Source: a virus (Duplodnaviria > Caudoviricetes). From it: 64,000 nt of DNA. Under the pieces are notes generated by a model. That model had not been told where the DNA came from. It saw only the letters and a program-made list of their open reading frames with translations, and did not search any database. Within the stretch, counting starts at the first letter, position 1. Each line of letters begins with the position of its first letter. Shown here piece by piece: positions 8,255 to 17,324 of this stretch. A program made the translations under genes and the position numbers. The stretch covers positions 32,001 to 96,000 of IMG/VR virus record IMGVR_UViG_2744054987_000003. The stretch is one strand, 5' to 3'.

Positions 8255-8650
8255 TCACTCCACACCAGCCGTCGGAATCAGGCGGTTGGTGTACTGCGGG
8301 CAGTAGACGTGCACCGAGTCGTAGATGAACTGGTTAGCCTGGTGGTTAGGGATCGGCGGAACATCCAAATTGCGCTGTGTGCTGGTCATTCCGTTGTTGA
8401 TCACCAGCCAGATTTCGTACTGCTGAATATCGGAGCGGCCCTCGGCGGCACACACCTGGTGGGCTAGCGCGATATAGCCACGACGCAACTGCGGCGAGTT
8501 CTGATCGTGGATGCCGTGATGGTTGATCTTGTACAGGAACTCATCATCATCGGAGCGGGCACCGACTTCGTAGTGGATCGTCGCGCCGATGACCCACGCT
8601 ATTGCCAAACCGACCGCGATCCACAGAGCCTTTTTCCTGTTGATGCTCAT
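8255..8650 (-). CDS. DUF732 family membrane/secreted protein
   Basis: TM helix, then DDEFL...AHQVC...YCPQY. Confidence 0.75.
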   Translation of the reverse strand: MSINRKKALWIAVGLAIAWVIGATIHYEVGARSDDDEFLYKINHHGIHDQNSPQLRRGYIALAHQVCAAEGRSDIQQYEIWLVINNGMTSTQRNLDVPPIPNHQANQFIYDSVHVYCPQYTNRLIPTAGVE

Positions 8651-8880
8651 GCCGTCTCCTCACCAGATGCGCGCAGCCAGTCCAGCACGATGTCGCATTT
8701 GCCGGTATCGGCCAAAGAGTAGCGCTCGTTGCCGCGTGCGCACCAGAGAATGCCGCCGGGCCTGCTGTATTCGACGGTGACAGTCTGACCGTCGCGGGAG
8801 TAGTCGGTCGTCGTACGACCAGCGTGCGTCTGCCAGCCGTTATCTGCGGCAGCTTGATCGATCTGGTTGCGGGCGCTCAT
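8647..8880 (-). CDS. Hypothetical protein (MSARNQIDQAAADNGW...)
   Basis: ATGA overlaps on both sides. Confidence 0.65.
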   Translation of the reverse strand: MSARNQIDQAAADNGWQTHAGRTTTDYSRDGQTVTVEYSRPGGILWCARGNERYSLADTGKCDIVLDWLRASGEETA

Positions 8881-9155
8881 TTCGCTGTCTCCTCGGCGTT
8901 GCGCCATTCTTCGATGTCGGCTAGGAGCAGAGTCTCCGGCTCGCCGCCTTCCAGCCAGGGGACGCCGGGGTTGATCATCGACCGCCGGGTCAGTTTGCGC
9001 AGCAGCACAGTAGCTGCCCACTCCTCACCGCGTTCACGCAGCAGCTGTCCTGCCCGAAGCATCACGACCGGGTTGACGAAGCGGCTCTCGTCGGCCTGAC
9101 GACGTCCTGCGGCGTGCAGCTCGGCTAGACGCTCAGGGGTCAAGGTGGTTTTCAT
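8877..9155 (-). CDS. Hypothetical protein (92 aa)
   Basis: ORF track; ATGA overlaps. Confidence 0.7.
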   Translation of the reverse strand: MKTTLTPERLAELHAAGRRQADESRFVNPVVMLRAGQLLRERGEEWAATVLLRKLTRRSMINPGVPWLEGGEPETLLLADIEEWRNAEETAK

Positions 9156-9358
9156 GACTGGTCTCCGTAACTCTTGAGCCAGTTCTCCAACGACATCTTG
9201 AACGCGCCACGACTGGTCTCGTCGGTGGCGTAGGTGTAGTAGACCGTGTTCTTGCGTACCGAAGTAACCTTCATCGCGGTGGCGGTGCTGCCGTTGACGG
9301 TGAGATCGAGGAAGTGCCGGTGCACGAACGTAGTTCCTCGACGCGGGTAGGCACTCAT
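9152..9358 (-). CDS. Hypothetical protein
   Basis: MSAYPRRG...; GGAGG RBS and ATGA overlap. Confidence 0.6.
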   Translation of the reverse strand: MSAYPRRGTTFVHRHFLDLTVNGSTATAMKVTSVRKNTVYYTYATDETSRGAFKMSLENWLKSYGDQS

Positions 9359-9494
9359 GCGGTCCTCCGGCGAATCAGTTCCAGCTCGAAGCGCTGCGCC
9401 TTGCGACGGTCGATCTCGCCGACGTTGACGCCTGCGGCGATGGCGACACGATGCCGGTCGAGCCACGTCTGGATGCTGGCGGTGCTCAACTCGC

Positions 9495-9929
9495 TCATCG
9501 CACCTCCTCCAGCTTGTCCGCGACCGTGAAGTCGGCGCTGCCCCAGTGGACCTGACCGCCTTTGCCCTTGCCGCCGACCTTGCGGACCCGGATGCGCAGC
9601 GTGCCCCGGTCGTCGGTGATGACCGAGCCGACCTCGCGCAGGGTGTTCACCGCGTGGCGCTCCCAGTTCGCCGACCGGAAGCTGGACTGACGGCTGTTGT
9701 GGGTGTACACCAGATCGCCGACCTGAACCGAGCCGTTCTCGATCGCCGAGAACTCGCCCCAGTGCAGCGAAGCGAAGCGGTCGTTCTCGCGCAGCTTGGC
9801 GGTGACCTCCGCGTTGAGCTGGTGATCCAGACTCCACAGCTTGCGGTCACGGCTGACGCGAGGGGCTGCACCGCGCACGAAGCGGGGCATAACGAAGATG
9901 TCGGCGGCGGGGATGTCTGCTTTGCTCAT
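9495..9929 (-). CDS. Hypothetical protein, probably leaderless (144 aa)
   Basis: TGGACA-N17-TATACT-N6-ATG upstream (9936-9964). Confidence 0.75.
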   Translation of the reverse strand: MSKADIPAADIFVMPRFVRGAAPRVSRDRKLWSLDHQLNAEVTAKLRENDRFASLHWGEFSAIENGSVQVGDLVYTHNSRQSSFRSANWERHAVNTLREVGSVITDDRGTLRIRVRKVGGKGKGGQVHWGSADFTVADKLEEVR

Positions 9930-10023
9930 GGGGCCAGTATACCAGACTCTCTAGTGGATGTCCAACGTTTGTCTATGACGGGCGCGGGAGCGATGGCCAG
10001 CCAGGCGGCGGCGAGAACGGCGG

Positions 10024-10161
10024 TCAGGGTGCGAGGCATCCGTCCGGGCCTAGATCGGCCAAAGCGCAGTCACCCCAGCGGGCCACGCCGTAGAGCAGTG
10101 CCAGCGCGACGATGACCGCCCCGAAGCCCAGGGCGGCGAAGACCACACGCGACGGCTTCAC
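10024..10161 (-). CDS. Small single-pass membrane protein (45 aa)
   Basis: Hand-read MKPSRVVFAALGFGAVIVALALLYGVARWG... Confidence 0.45.
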   Translation of the reverse strand: MKPSRVVFAALGFGAVIVALALLYGVARWGDCALADLGPDGCLAP

Positions 10162-10378
10162 GGCGGCGACGCTAAGCGCGCGCCGTGCAAGCCCCAGATC
10201 AGCGCATCGCAGCCGTGAAAGCGTCGGAATTTCCTAATGTGGTGTCAAAAGCAATGTGGCCCACGCTGATAAACCCTCCTGGCGGGCGGCCTGCGGTTGT
10301 GCATCCCGCACATGCATAAAACCGGACCTTGTCAGGAAAGTTGACAATGTGGTCGGCCTTCGTTGTCGCGGACGCGAG

Positions 10379-11365
10379 CTATTCCCAGGTGATCTCGACG
10401 TAGCCATCGCCTGGGGTGCCCCCGCTTTGGGTCTGGTTGTTGCCACCGCAGGAGCCACCGGAGCCCGCCCCGTACTGTCCCGCGTCGCCGCCCGGCGCCT
10501 CGCCGTAGAGGGATCCGATGCCCGCGCCGCCACCGCCGCCACCGGGCCTGCCCGAGCCGCCGGAGCGTCCTGTCTGTCCGGTTGCTTCGCTGACGCTGGT
10601 GTTGCTGGTGCCACCCGGGCCGCCATTCGCGCTGAGGGAGTTTCCACCATCACCTCCGGTTGACCCGAAGACGCCCAGCCCGGAAACCCCGACGCCACCG
10701 CCACCACCCGGGCATCCACCTGTGGTGTTGTCGGGCGCATCGCCGCCGCTGCCGCCGCTTGGACTGCCGCCGCTGCCGCCCGCTGTGCCGTTGTGCCCGA
10801 CAACCCCAGTAACACCGGTGGCCGACCATGTGCCCCCGGCACCGCCAGCCACCGTTGATGACGCGTTGCCCCCCTTGCCGCCCTTGCCGCCATTAGCCGT
10901 GAGGACGACACTGCCTGAACTGAATCGACTGAGGCCACCGTCGTTGCCCGGCGAGGAGCCGCCGATCGCGCCGCCCCGGCCCGACGGTGCACCTCCCTGG
11001 CCGACAACCACCGAATACGTCGACCCGAGCAGTGAGACGGGGATGACGATCTCGTCGATGACCGCAGAGCCGCCACCACCGGATCCGCCGCCGCGGTTCG
11101 ACGACCCCGACCCGTATCCAGATCCACCCGAGCCTCCGCCACCGATCAACTTCTTGATGCGGACCTGCGTTGCACCGGCAGGTACCGGGTAGTTGGTGCG
11201 GGTCTGGTTGATCTCGGTGATCGGGGTAAATGACGGCCACACCTTGACGAATTGGCTGCCGTCCCAGATCCAAACACTGTCGGCGGCACTGATCGCTGAC
11301 CCGCTGCCGTAGGAGAAGTCTGGTTCAACGAAGCTGCTGCCGTTCCAGATTCGCGAATACGCCAT
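10379..11365 (-). CDS. Glycine-rich minor tail / fibre-associated protein
   Basis: LIGGGGSGG start of the Gly-rich domain and GDGYVEITW end; last gene of the fibre operon. Confidence 0.8.
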   Translation of the reverse strand: MAYSRIWNGSSFVEPDFSYGSGSAISAADSVWIWDGSQFVKVWPSFTPITEINQTRTNYPVPAGATQVRIKKLIGGGGSGGSGYGSGSSNRGGGSGGGGSAVIDEIVIPVSLLGSTYSVVVGQGGAPSGRGGAIGGSSPGNDGGLSRFSSGSVVLTANGGKGGKGGNASSTVAGGAGGTWSATGVTGVVGHNGTAGGSGGSPSGGSGGDAPDNTTGGCPGGGGGVGVSGLGVFGSTGGDGGNSLSANGGPGGTSNTSVSEATGQTGRSGGSGRPGGGGGGAGIGSLYGEAPGGDAGQYGAGSGGSCGGNNQTQSGGTPGDGYVEITWE

Positions 11366-11751
11366 CAGTCGTCCGTGTAGAAGTAAAAGAAAGCAATGCC
11401 ATCGCCACCGGAACCGCCAACGGGGCTACCTACACCGCCGATGCCACCCCCACTGGCACTAATGGCACCACAAGTTGTCGCTTGCCCCATGCTGCCTTGG
11501 CTAAAATAGGAAGTCCCCATGACCCATCCTTGACCGCTCCCGCCGCCGCCGCAGAGCACGCGGTCTCATTTAGTTGCCCCGTCCGGCCACGACACGCTGT
11601 AGTTGCCTACGGTGTCAACGGTGACTAGTTCTGGTTCAAACGGAACGATCGCGTCACCCCACTCCTGCCCAATCCAGGAACTCGACTCACGCCGCTGCGC
11701 GAATCCCGGCACCCACACTGTGCCGTTGAAAACCATGACGCCTTTGGACAT
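11365..11751 (-). pseudogene. Short glycine-rich minor tail protein with an in-frame TGA at codon 62
   Basis: ...GCA ACT AAA TGA GAC CGC GTG CTC TGC GGC...; both halves are in one frame and end GGDGIAFFYFY. Confidence 0.75.
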
Positions 11752-14700
11752 CAGGTGACCACGTAAAGCACGCCGGTGGTGCCGCTGGCGGGCAGCGATG
11801 ACCCCATCCACAATCCGGTGGCGGTGCCCGAACCCTGCACCGCGCCATCGGCTTTGGTTCCCTGAGCAGCAGTCGCATAGGCAGTGGAGTCGGTGGTTGC
11901 CGCCGTGCCGAGCCCCAGGCTGCTTCGGGCACTGGAAGCGCTCGTGCCTCCGGTGCCTCCCTTGGTGAGAGGCAGTACGCCCGATACCCCCAGTGTCACA
12001 TTGGCGCTTCCGTCGAAGGTGGGGGAGGCTCCCGAACCGAGGTTCACCGACAGAGTTCGCGCAGTCGAAAGCTCGGTGGCCGTAGCGGCATTGCCTGTGG
12101 TGTCCTGGTTGAGCGTCGGAAAATCCGAAGCACTGGCAACGCTGAATCCAGATGTGCCATTGCCTTTGACGATTCCGCTCAGCGACGTGGTTCCCGTGCC
12201 GCCGTGATTGACCGCCAGCGTACCCGAAAGCTGACTCAAAGCGGTGGGGACCGTCGGTTTGTTCAGGATCGCAGCATCCCCAGAACTGGCGTTCCAATCC
12301 GATTGAACGTTAGCCTCCGCGCCGGAGGCGATGCCCGCCAGCTTAGAGTGATCAGCATTGAGTTGGGCTCCGGTCACGGTGGTGTCAAGGTCGGTCAACG
12401 CGGTCGGAACATTCGGTGTGCCCGAAAGATCGCTGTAGGCACCGGATGTGGCCACCGTGGCAAGATCACCCGGCTGCACGGCGCTCGCCGCCAACGATCC
12501 CTGCGCGGCAGTAGCATAAGCGCTGGAGTCGGTCGCAGCAGCGGTACCGAGTGTGGGTTTGTTCAAGATGGCGGCATCACCGGAGCTGGCGTTCCAGTCC
12601 GATTGCACGTTGGCTTCTGCGCCCGAAGCGATCCCGGCGAGCTTGGCATGGTCGGCGTTGAGTTGCGCGCCGGTGACCGTCGTATCCAGGTCGGTGAGAG
12701 CATCAGGGATTGCGGGTGTGCCCGACAGATCCCCGTACGCGCCGGAGGTGGCGACGGTAGCCAGATCAGCGGGCTGCACCGCTGAATCGGCCTTGGTGCC
12801 CTGCGCTGCTGTCGCATACGCTGTCGCGCTTGTTGTTGCCGCACTTCCCAGCCCATCGATGGCGGCGGCGTTGAGAGCCTGCCAGGTCTTGTCGCCGCGC
12901 CAGTACTGCGCGGTGGTGCCCGCGCCGATCTTGGGTTCTTTGGTGGCATCGGCCACGGTGATGTTGGCGGTGCCGTCGAAGTTCACCCCGTTGATGGCGC
13001 GCGCGGTGGTGAGTTTAGCGGCGCTGGCCACGGACTTGGACGCATCGGCAGTGTTGTCGACGTTGCCCAGGCCGACATCGGATTTGGTCAGCACCACGTC
13101 GCCGGTGCGCCCGGCCACCGACGAGACCGCATCCGAGCCGCCGGAGACCTCCCACACCGAACCGCTGTAGGTGACCCAGTCGCCGACTCCGAACTCGATA
13201 TCACCCGAGCCGAGGTCTTGGGTGCCCGCCACCGAGACGCGATAGACATCGCCGATATTGCCGATGCCATCAGCCAGCGTCGGGGTATTCGTCGAGGCGT
13301 TCCAGACGCCCTGGTATTCCATGACGGTGGCGGGCAGCTGTGAGGCGGGCACTTTACCGCCTGAATCCAGCGAGGCATACCCGCCCGCTGCGCCCTTGTT
13401 CGCGGCGTCTTCGGGAGTGTATCCCAGTGCCGCCTGTTTGCCGTCGAGCTGCGTTTGGATCGAGCTGGTGGCATCGAGGTAGCCCAGCTCGGTTTTCGTG
13501 ACCCCAGCGCCGTGCAGGGCGTTGATCTCCGACGCGGTGGCCGTGATCGACTGCTGCCAGGAGTACAGCGCATTCAGCTGAGTGCCGGTGACCGTGGTGT
13601 CAAGATCGGTCAATGCTGTGGGCAGCGCCGGGGTATTGAGCAGATCAGCGTAATCCCCGCTGGTGGCTACCGTTGAAAGATCACCGGGCTGGACCGCGCT
13701 GTCAGCCAGAGCCCCTTGGGCTGCAGTGGCGTACGCGGTGGAATTGGTGGCTGCTGCGGTCCCGAGGGTGGGCGTACCGGACAGATCGCCGTAGGCACCG
13801 CTCGTAGCGACATCGGCGAGGTCAGCCGGTTGGACCGCACTGTCGGCGAGTGCGCCTTGGGTTGCGGTCGCGAACTCCCCGACGTTGTGGGAGGCGGCGC
13901 TGCCCAGCGTCGGTTTGTTGAGGATCGCCGCGTCGCCGGTGGTCGCATCCCAGTCTGCCTGCACATTAGCTTCGGCCCCGGCAGCGATGCCATCGACCTT
14001 GGTCTTGAGCGCGTTGAGCTGCGCCCCGCTGACCGTGGTATCGAGATCGGTCAAGGCGGCGGGGATGTCGGGCACACCGGACAGGTCGCTGTATGCGCCA
14101 GTGGTGGCCACCGTCGCCAGGTCGGCAGCCTGGATGGCGGTGTCGGCCTTGTCGCCCTGAGTCGCGGTGGCGAAATCGGTTGCGGCATGCGACGAAGCGG
14201 TACCCAACGTGGGTTTGTTGAGGATCTGCGCATCCCCTGATGCGGCATTCCAGTCCGGCTGCACGTTGACTTCAGCACCAGAGGCGATACCTGCCAACTT
14301 CGAATGGTCGGCATTGAGCTGGGCACCAGTGACCGTGGTGTCAAGATCGGTGAGAGCGCCAGGAATCGTCGGTGTGCCCGACAAGTCGGTGTACGCACCG
14401 GACGTAGCCACTGTCGCCAAATCGCCTGGCTGGACAGACGAATCGGCCAGTGCCCCCTGTGCGCTAGTCGCGAAATCGGTTGCAGCATGAGTGGCTGCGG
14501 TGCCAAGTGAACTGGCATCAACTTTGGCGTCAAGGGCGGTCTTGAGGTCAGTTTGATTAGCCAGCGTGCCGGTGATATCACCCCACACGGCACCCGTGTC
14601 GGCAGGAGTATCGACAAGATCGTTGTAGGAGCCGGAAGTGGCCACCGCCGCGAGGTCACCTGGTTGCACAGCACTGTCGGCGGTGGCCCCTTGGCTGGCG

Positions 14701-15503
14701 GTGGCGAAGTCGGTGGCGGCATGGCTTGCCGCGCTGCCTAACGCAGGCTTGTTGAGGATCGCAGCATCCCCGCTGGAGGCATCCCAGTCGGGCTGGACGT
14801 TAGCTTCGGCCCCCGACGCTATCCCGGCAAGTTTGGTGTGGTCAGCGTCGAGCTGCGCGCCGGTAACGCTGGTGTCGAGATCAGTCAAGGCGTCGGGAAT
14901 CGCAGGGGTGCCCGACAGGTCGCTGTATGCGCCGGTGGTGGCGACACTCGCCAAGTCCGGCTTGTTGAGGATCTCGCTGACCCCGGAGGTGGCGTTCCAG
15001 TCGGAGTTGACCTGCGCGGCTGGGATGCTCGGGGTGCCGGTCAGGTCATCGTAGGCTCCGGTGGTGGCGACAGTGGCCAGATCAGCTGGCTGAACCGCCG
15101 AGTCCGCTGTCGCACCCTGAGCAGCAGTAGCGAAATCGGTGGCGGCGTGCGTCGAGGCGGTGCCCAAAGAACTGGTGTCGGCCTTGGCATCCAGCGCCGT
15201 CTTGAGATCGGTCTGGTCTGTCAGGGTGCCGGTGATGTCGCCCCAGACCGCAGCGGTGTCTGCAGGCGTATCGACAAGGTCGTTGTAGGAGCCGCTGGTA
15301 GCGACATCGGCCAAATCGCTCGGTTCGACGTAGATCGCATCGAGGGCTTCGCGGGTATCCGAATCAGACTGATTGATCAATCCGACAAGGGTGGGTTCGG
15401 TCAGGCCACCGCCGGTGGCCGCAGTCACCTGGGCGTCGACGTAGCCCTTGGTGGCGGCTTCGCTGTTGGATGTGGGCGCAGGCCCGAGTAGTTCGCGTGC
15501 CAT
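11751..15503 (-). CDS. Repeat-rich tail fibre protein (1250 aa)
   Basis: 10 copies of VAT[ST]GxYxDL, 6 of ALTDLDT, 6 of ILNKP; AATKGYVD, VSSVAGRTGDVVL and LGNVDNTAD fibre motifs. Confidence 0.8.
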   Translation of the reverse strand: MARELLGPAPTSNSEAATKGYVDAQVTAATGGGLTEPTLVGLINQSDSDTREALDAIYVEPSDLADVATSGSYNDLVDTPADTAAVWGDITGTLTDQTDLKTALDAKADTSSLGTASTHAATDFATAAQGATADSAVQPADLATVATTGAYDDLTGTPSIPAAQVNSDWNATSGVSEILNKPDLASVATTGAYSDLSGTPAIPDALTDLDTSVTGAQLDADHTKLAGIASGAEANVQPDWDASSGDAAILNKPALGSAASHAATDFATASQGATADSAVQPGDLAAVATSGSYNDLVDTPADTGAVWGDITGTLANQTDLKTALDAKVDASSLGTAATHAATDFATSAQGALADSSVQPGDLATVATSGAYTDLSGTPTIPGALTDLDTTVTGAQLNADHSKLAGIASGAEVNVQPDWNAASGDAQILNKPTLGTASSHAATDFATATQGDKADTAIQAADLATVATTGAYSDLSGVPDIPAALTDLDTTVSGAQLNALKTKVDGIAAGAEANVQADWDATTGDAAILNKPTLGSAASHNVGEFATATQGALADSAVQPADLADVATSGAYGDLSGTPTLGTAAATNSTAYATAAQGALADSAVQPGDLSTVATSGDYADLLNTPALPTALTDLDTTVTGTQLNALYSWQQSITATASEINALHGAGVTKTELGYLDATSSIQTQLDGKQAALGYTPEDAANKGAAGGYASLDSGGKVPASQLPATVMEYQGVWNASTNTPTLADGIGNIGDVYRVSVAGTQDLGSGDIEFGVGDWVTYSGSVWEVSGGSDAVSSVAGRTGDVVLTKSDVGLGNVDNTADASKSVASAAKLTTARAINGVNFDGTANITVADATKEPKIGAGTTAQYWRGDKTWQALNAAAIDGLGSAATTSATAYATAAQGTKADSAVQPADLATVATSGAYGDLSGTPAIPDALTDLDTTVTGAQLNADHAKLAGIASGAEANVQSDWNASSGDAAILNKPTLGTAAATDSSAYATAAQGSLAASAVQPGDLATVATSGAYSDLSGTPNVPTALTDLDTTVTGAQLNADHSKLAGIASGAEANVQSDWNASSGDAAILNKPTVPTALSQLSGTLAVNHGGTGTTSLSGIVKGNGTSGFSVASASDFPTLNQDTTGNAATATELSTARTLSVNLGSGASPTFDGSANVTLGVSGVLPLTKGGTGGTSASSARSSLGLGTAATTDSTAYATAAQGTKADGAVQGSGTATGLWMGSSLPASGTTGVLYVVT

Positions 15504-15938
15504 CTAAGCCGCCTCGCGATCGCATACGAAGTTGATTTGGGTGGCGTAGCAGGCCATGTCGGCCTGGCAGTTGACGTGCGCGGCGTAGCGCACACTGTGG
15601 CCAGTGACTGCTTCGACGAAGTGGTCATGGCGAAACGGGTTGTAGGTGATGCGTTGCGCCCAGCCGAACTCGGCCCAGTCGCCCAGGACCACGGGCAGCG
15701 GCATGCCGGTGATGAAGGCATGCACATTGCGGGTGCGAGTCTTGCGGGCGCGCTCCTGCCCGCCGGGCTGCACGACGAACTCGGCGTCACGCAACGCGAT
15801 CGAACTTGCGTAGCCGATGGTTTTGCCCTTGTGGGGGCCGTCGCAGGCGCGGACACTCCAGGCATCGCGGTGTAGATTGCGATGCACGCTGACCCTGCCG
15901 CCGGTGTAGGCGCGGTTTTTGTAGGCGGTGAACTGCAT
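15504..15938 (-). CDS. Conserved phage protein (NLH...RNVHA...YNPF family)
   Basis: MQFTAYKN...; motif pattern recalled from a widespread phage family of unknown function. Confidence 0.7.
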   Translation of the reverse strand: MQFTAYKNRAYTGGRVSVHRNLHRDAWSVRACDGPHKGKTIGYASSIALRDAEFVVQPGGQERARKTRTRNVHAFITGMPLPVVLGDWAEFGWAQRITYNPFRHDHFVEAVTGHSVRYAAHVNCQADMACYATQINFVCDREAA

Positions 15939-15948
15939 AACCGCTTCC

Positions 15949-16758
15949 CTACGACACCGCTTGCAGAGACGCCCACAGCGTGCCGACCGCATCGCCGACA
16001 GGCCCGCTGCGCCAGATCGTCGTGAGGCCGGTACGGGTATCGGGTGCGAACGCATGGATGTCGAGACCGGGATACATGTTGTGCTGGATGAACAGCCCGA
16101 GGATATTGGCCCCGTCGTTCCAGTCGGCGTAGCCATCCCCAGCGATGGTGAAGATGTCGGTGGGGTACAGATCGGTGGGGGTCTGCAGAGGATCGAAGCC
16201 ATCGAGTCCGACCCATTGGCCGTAGCCGGTGCTCTCGACGATGCTGCGCACCGCGTCGTGCAGTGCTGAAGGAAAGACCTCGTCGAGCCAGCCGAGTAGC
16301 TCGGGGAAAATTCCGCCGGGTGCGGCGGGATCACCGAACAGCACGAAGTGCAGGGACTGCGAGGGGATTCCGGCGTCGGCCAGGTCACCCATGAGCATCG
16401 AGATGATCGACGCCGACTGGGAGTAGCCGACCACCCACAACACGCCGCTGTCGAGTTCCCCGGCCTGGAACCGGTGAACGATCTCGGTGTAGAGCAGCTG
16501 CTTGCCGGTGGCGATCGAGTCAAGTTGCGTGGTTTCAGGGGTCCAGAACGCTTGATAGTCACCGGCGAATCCGAGCGGGCTGAGATAGCCCGTGACGAAG
16601 GCGTTCATCATCCCGTCGGTAGGCACGGGGAATCCGCTCGGTCCCAGGATCAGGGCGTGGTCGGCGGGGCCGGGGGAATCAGCGACGGCCTTCGGCGCGC
16701 AAGACATAAGCACCAGCGCAACACACAGCGCCATCAGAAGACGTGCGACAGACTGCAT
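15949..16758 (-). CDS. PE-PPE domain serine hydrolase (cutinase-like), exported or lipoprotein
   Basis: Signal peptide with Cys; GYSQSA nucleophile elbow, FGDP, DGYAD and H..Y motifs. Confidence 0.8.
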   Translation of the reverse strand: MQSVARLLMALCVALVLMSCAPKAVADSPGPADHALILGPSGFPVPTDGMMNAFVTGYLSPLGFAGDYQAFWTPETTQLDSIATGKQLLYTEIVHRFQAGELDSGVLWVVGYSQSASIISMLMGDLADAGIPSQSLHFVLFGDPAAPGGIFPELLGWLDEVFPSALHDAVRSIVESTGYGQWVGLDGFDPLQTPTDLYPTDIFTIAGDGYADWNDGANILGLFIQHNMYPGLDIHAFAPDTRTGLTTIWRSGPVGDAVGTLWASLQAVS

Positions 16759-16765
16759 GGGCGGG

Positions 16766-16784
16766 CCTCCTCACCTATTTCAGG
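16766..16784 (-). promoter_or_regulatory. CCTGAATAGGTGAGGAGG-family motif, copy 3
   Basis: CCTGAAATAGGTGAGGAGG 7 nt before the ATG. Confidence 0.65.
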
Positions 16785-16793
16785 TGTGAAGGC

Positions 16794-17066
16794 TTAGCCC
16801 ACGCGCGGATGGTAGTTCTCGTCGACGACCAGCGCCGCATACGGCGCAGACTTGGCGTAGCCCTCAACGTAGACGCCGCCCCTGCTGCGTCCGGTGCGTC
16901 CGTTGAGGATGTCGACCTGACGTTGCGCGGCGCGGGTGGCATTGGACTCGGTCTCGTAGGTGTCGGGGGAGGCTGCTGCGGCCATCCCGTTGCGTGAGAC
17001 CTGCGTCCACGCCCAGTTCTTTCCAGCACGGTGGACGATGATGCGGTGCGGTACTGATGCGCTCAT
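16794..17066 (-). CDS. DUF1508/YegP-like protein
   Basis: WAWTQVSRNG..AASPDTYETESNATRA pattern. Confidence 0.6.
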   Translation of the reverse strand: MSASVPHRIIVHRAGKNWAWTQVSRNGMAAAASPDTYETESNATRAAQRQVDILNGRTGRSRGGVYVEGYAKSAPYAALVVDENYHPRVG

Positions 17067-17073
17067 GGTGATG

Positions 17074-17091
17074 CCTCCTCACCTATTCAGG
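17074..17091 (-). promoter_or_regulatory. CCTGAATAGGTGAGGAGG-family motif, copy 4
   Basis: Consensus copy 7 nt before the ATG at 17066. Confidence 0.65.
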
Positions 17092-17135
17092 TTTTGGAGA
17101 CTGCCAGAGCTTGGCGTACAAGAGTTGTCGTAGTG

Positions 17136-17324
17136 TCAGCATTTAACCTCGCAACAGTCGGGGCAGTCGTCTTGGCAGTCGTGGTCCCACTCTCGGAACA
17201 CACATCCCATACACTTCCGGTCATCGCAGTTCCGGCAGGAACTGTGTTGCCCGGGACAGTGCCAATCTCCGTCTACGTGTTTGGGGTGGATCTCATCTCT
17301 GTCACATAGTCCATGGATGCTCAC
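17136..17324 (-). CDS. Cys-rich small protein (62 aa)
   Basis: 11 Cys; GTGA overlap. Confidence 0.6.
   Translation of the reverse strand: MSIHGLCDRDEIHPKHVDGDWHCPGQHSSCRNCDDRKCMGCVFREWDHDCQDDCPDCCEVKC

Noticed and set aside
10234-10378. Riboswitch or ncRNA after the tail operon (AATGTGG three times)
   Set aside because: No convincing nested stems or recognisable aptamer; the short repeat alone is too weak.
10518-11192. Proline-rich plus-strand ORF
   Set aside because: Mirror of the GGN codons of the glycine-rich tail gene.
11751-15503. Diversity-generating retroelement acting on the fibre repeats
   Set aside because: No reverse transcriptase in the window, all repeats are coding, and differences are not adenine-specific.
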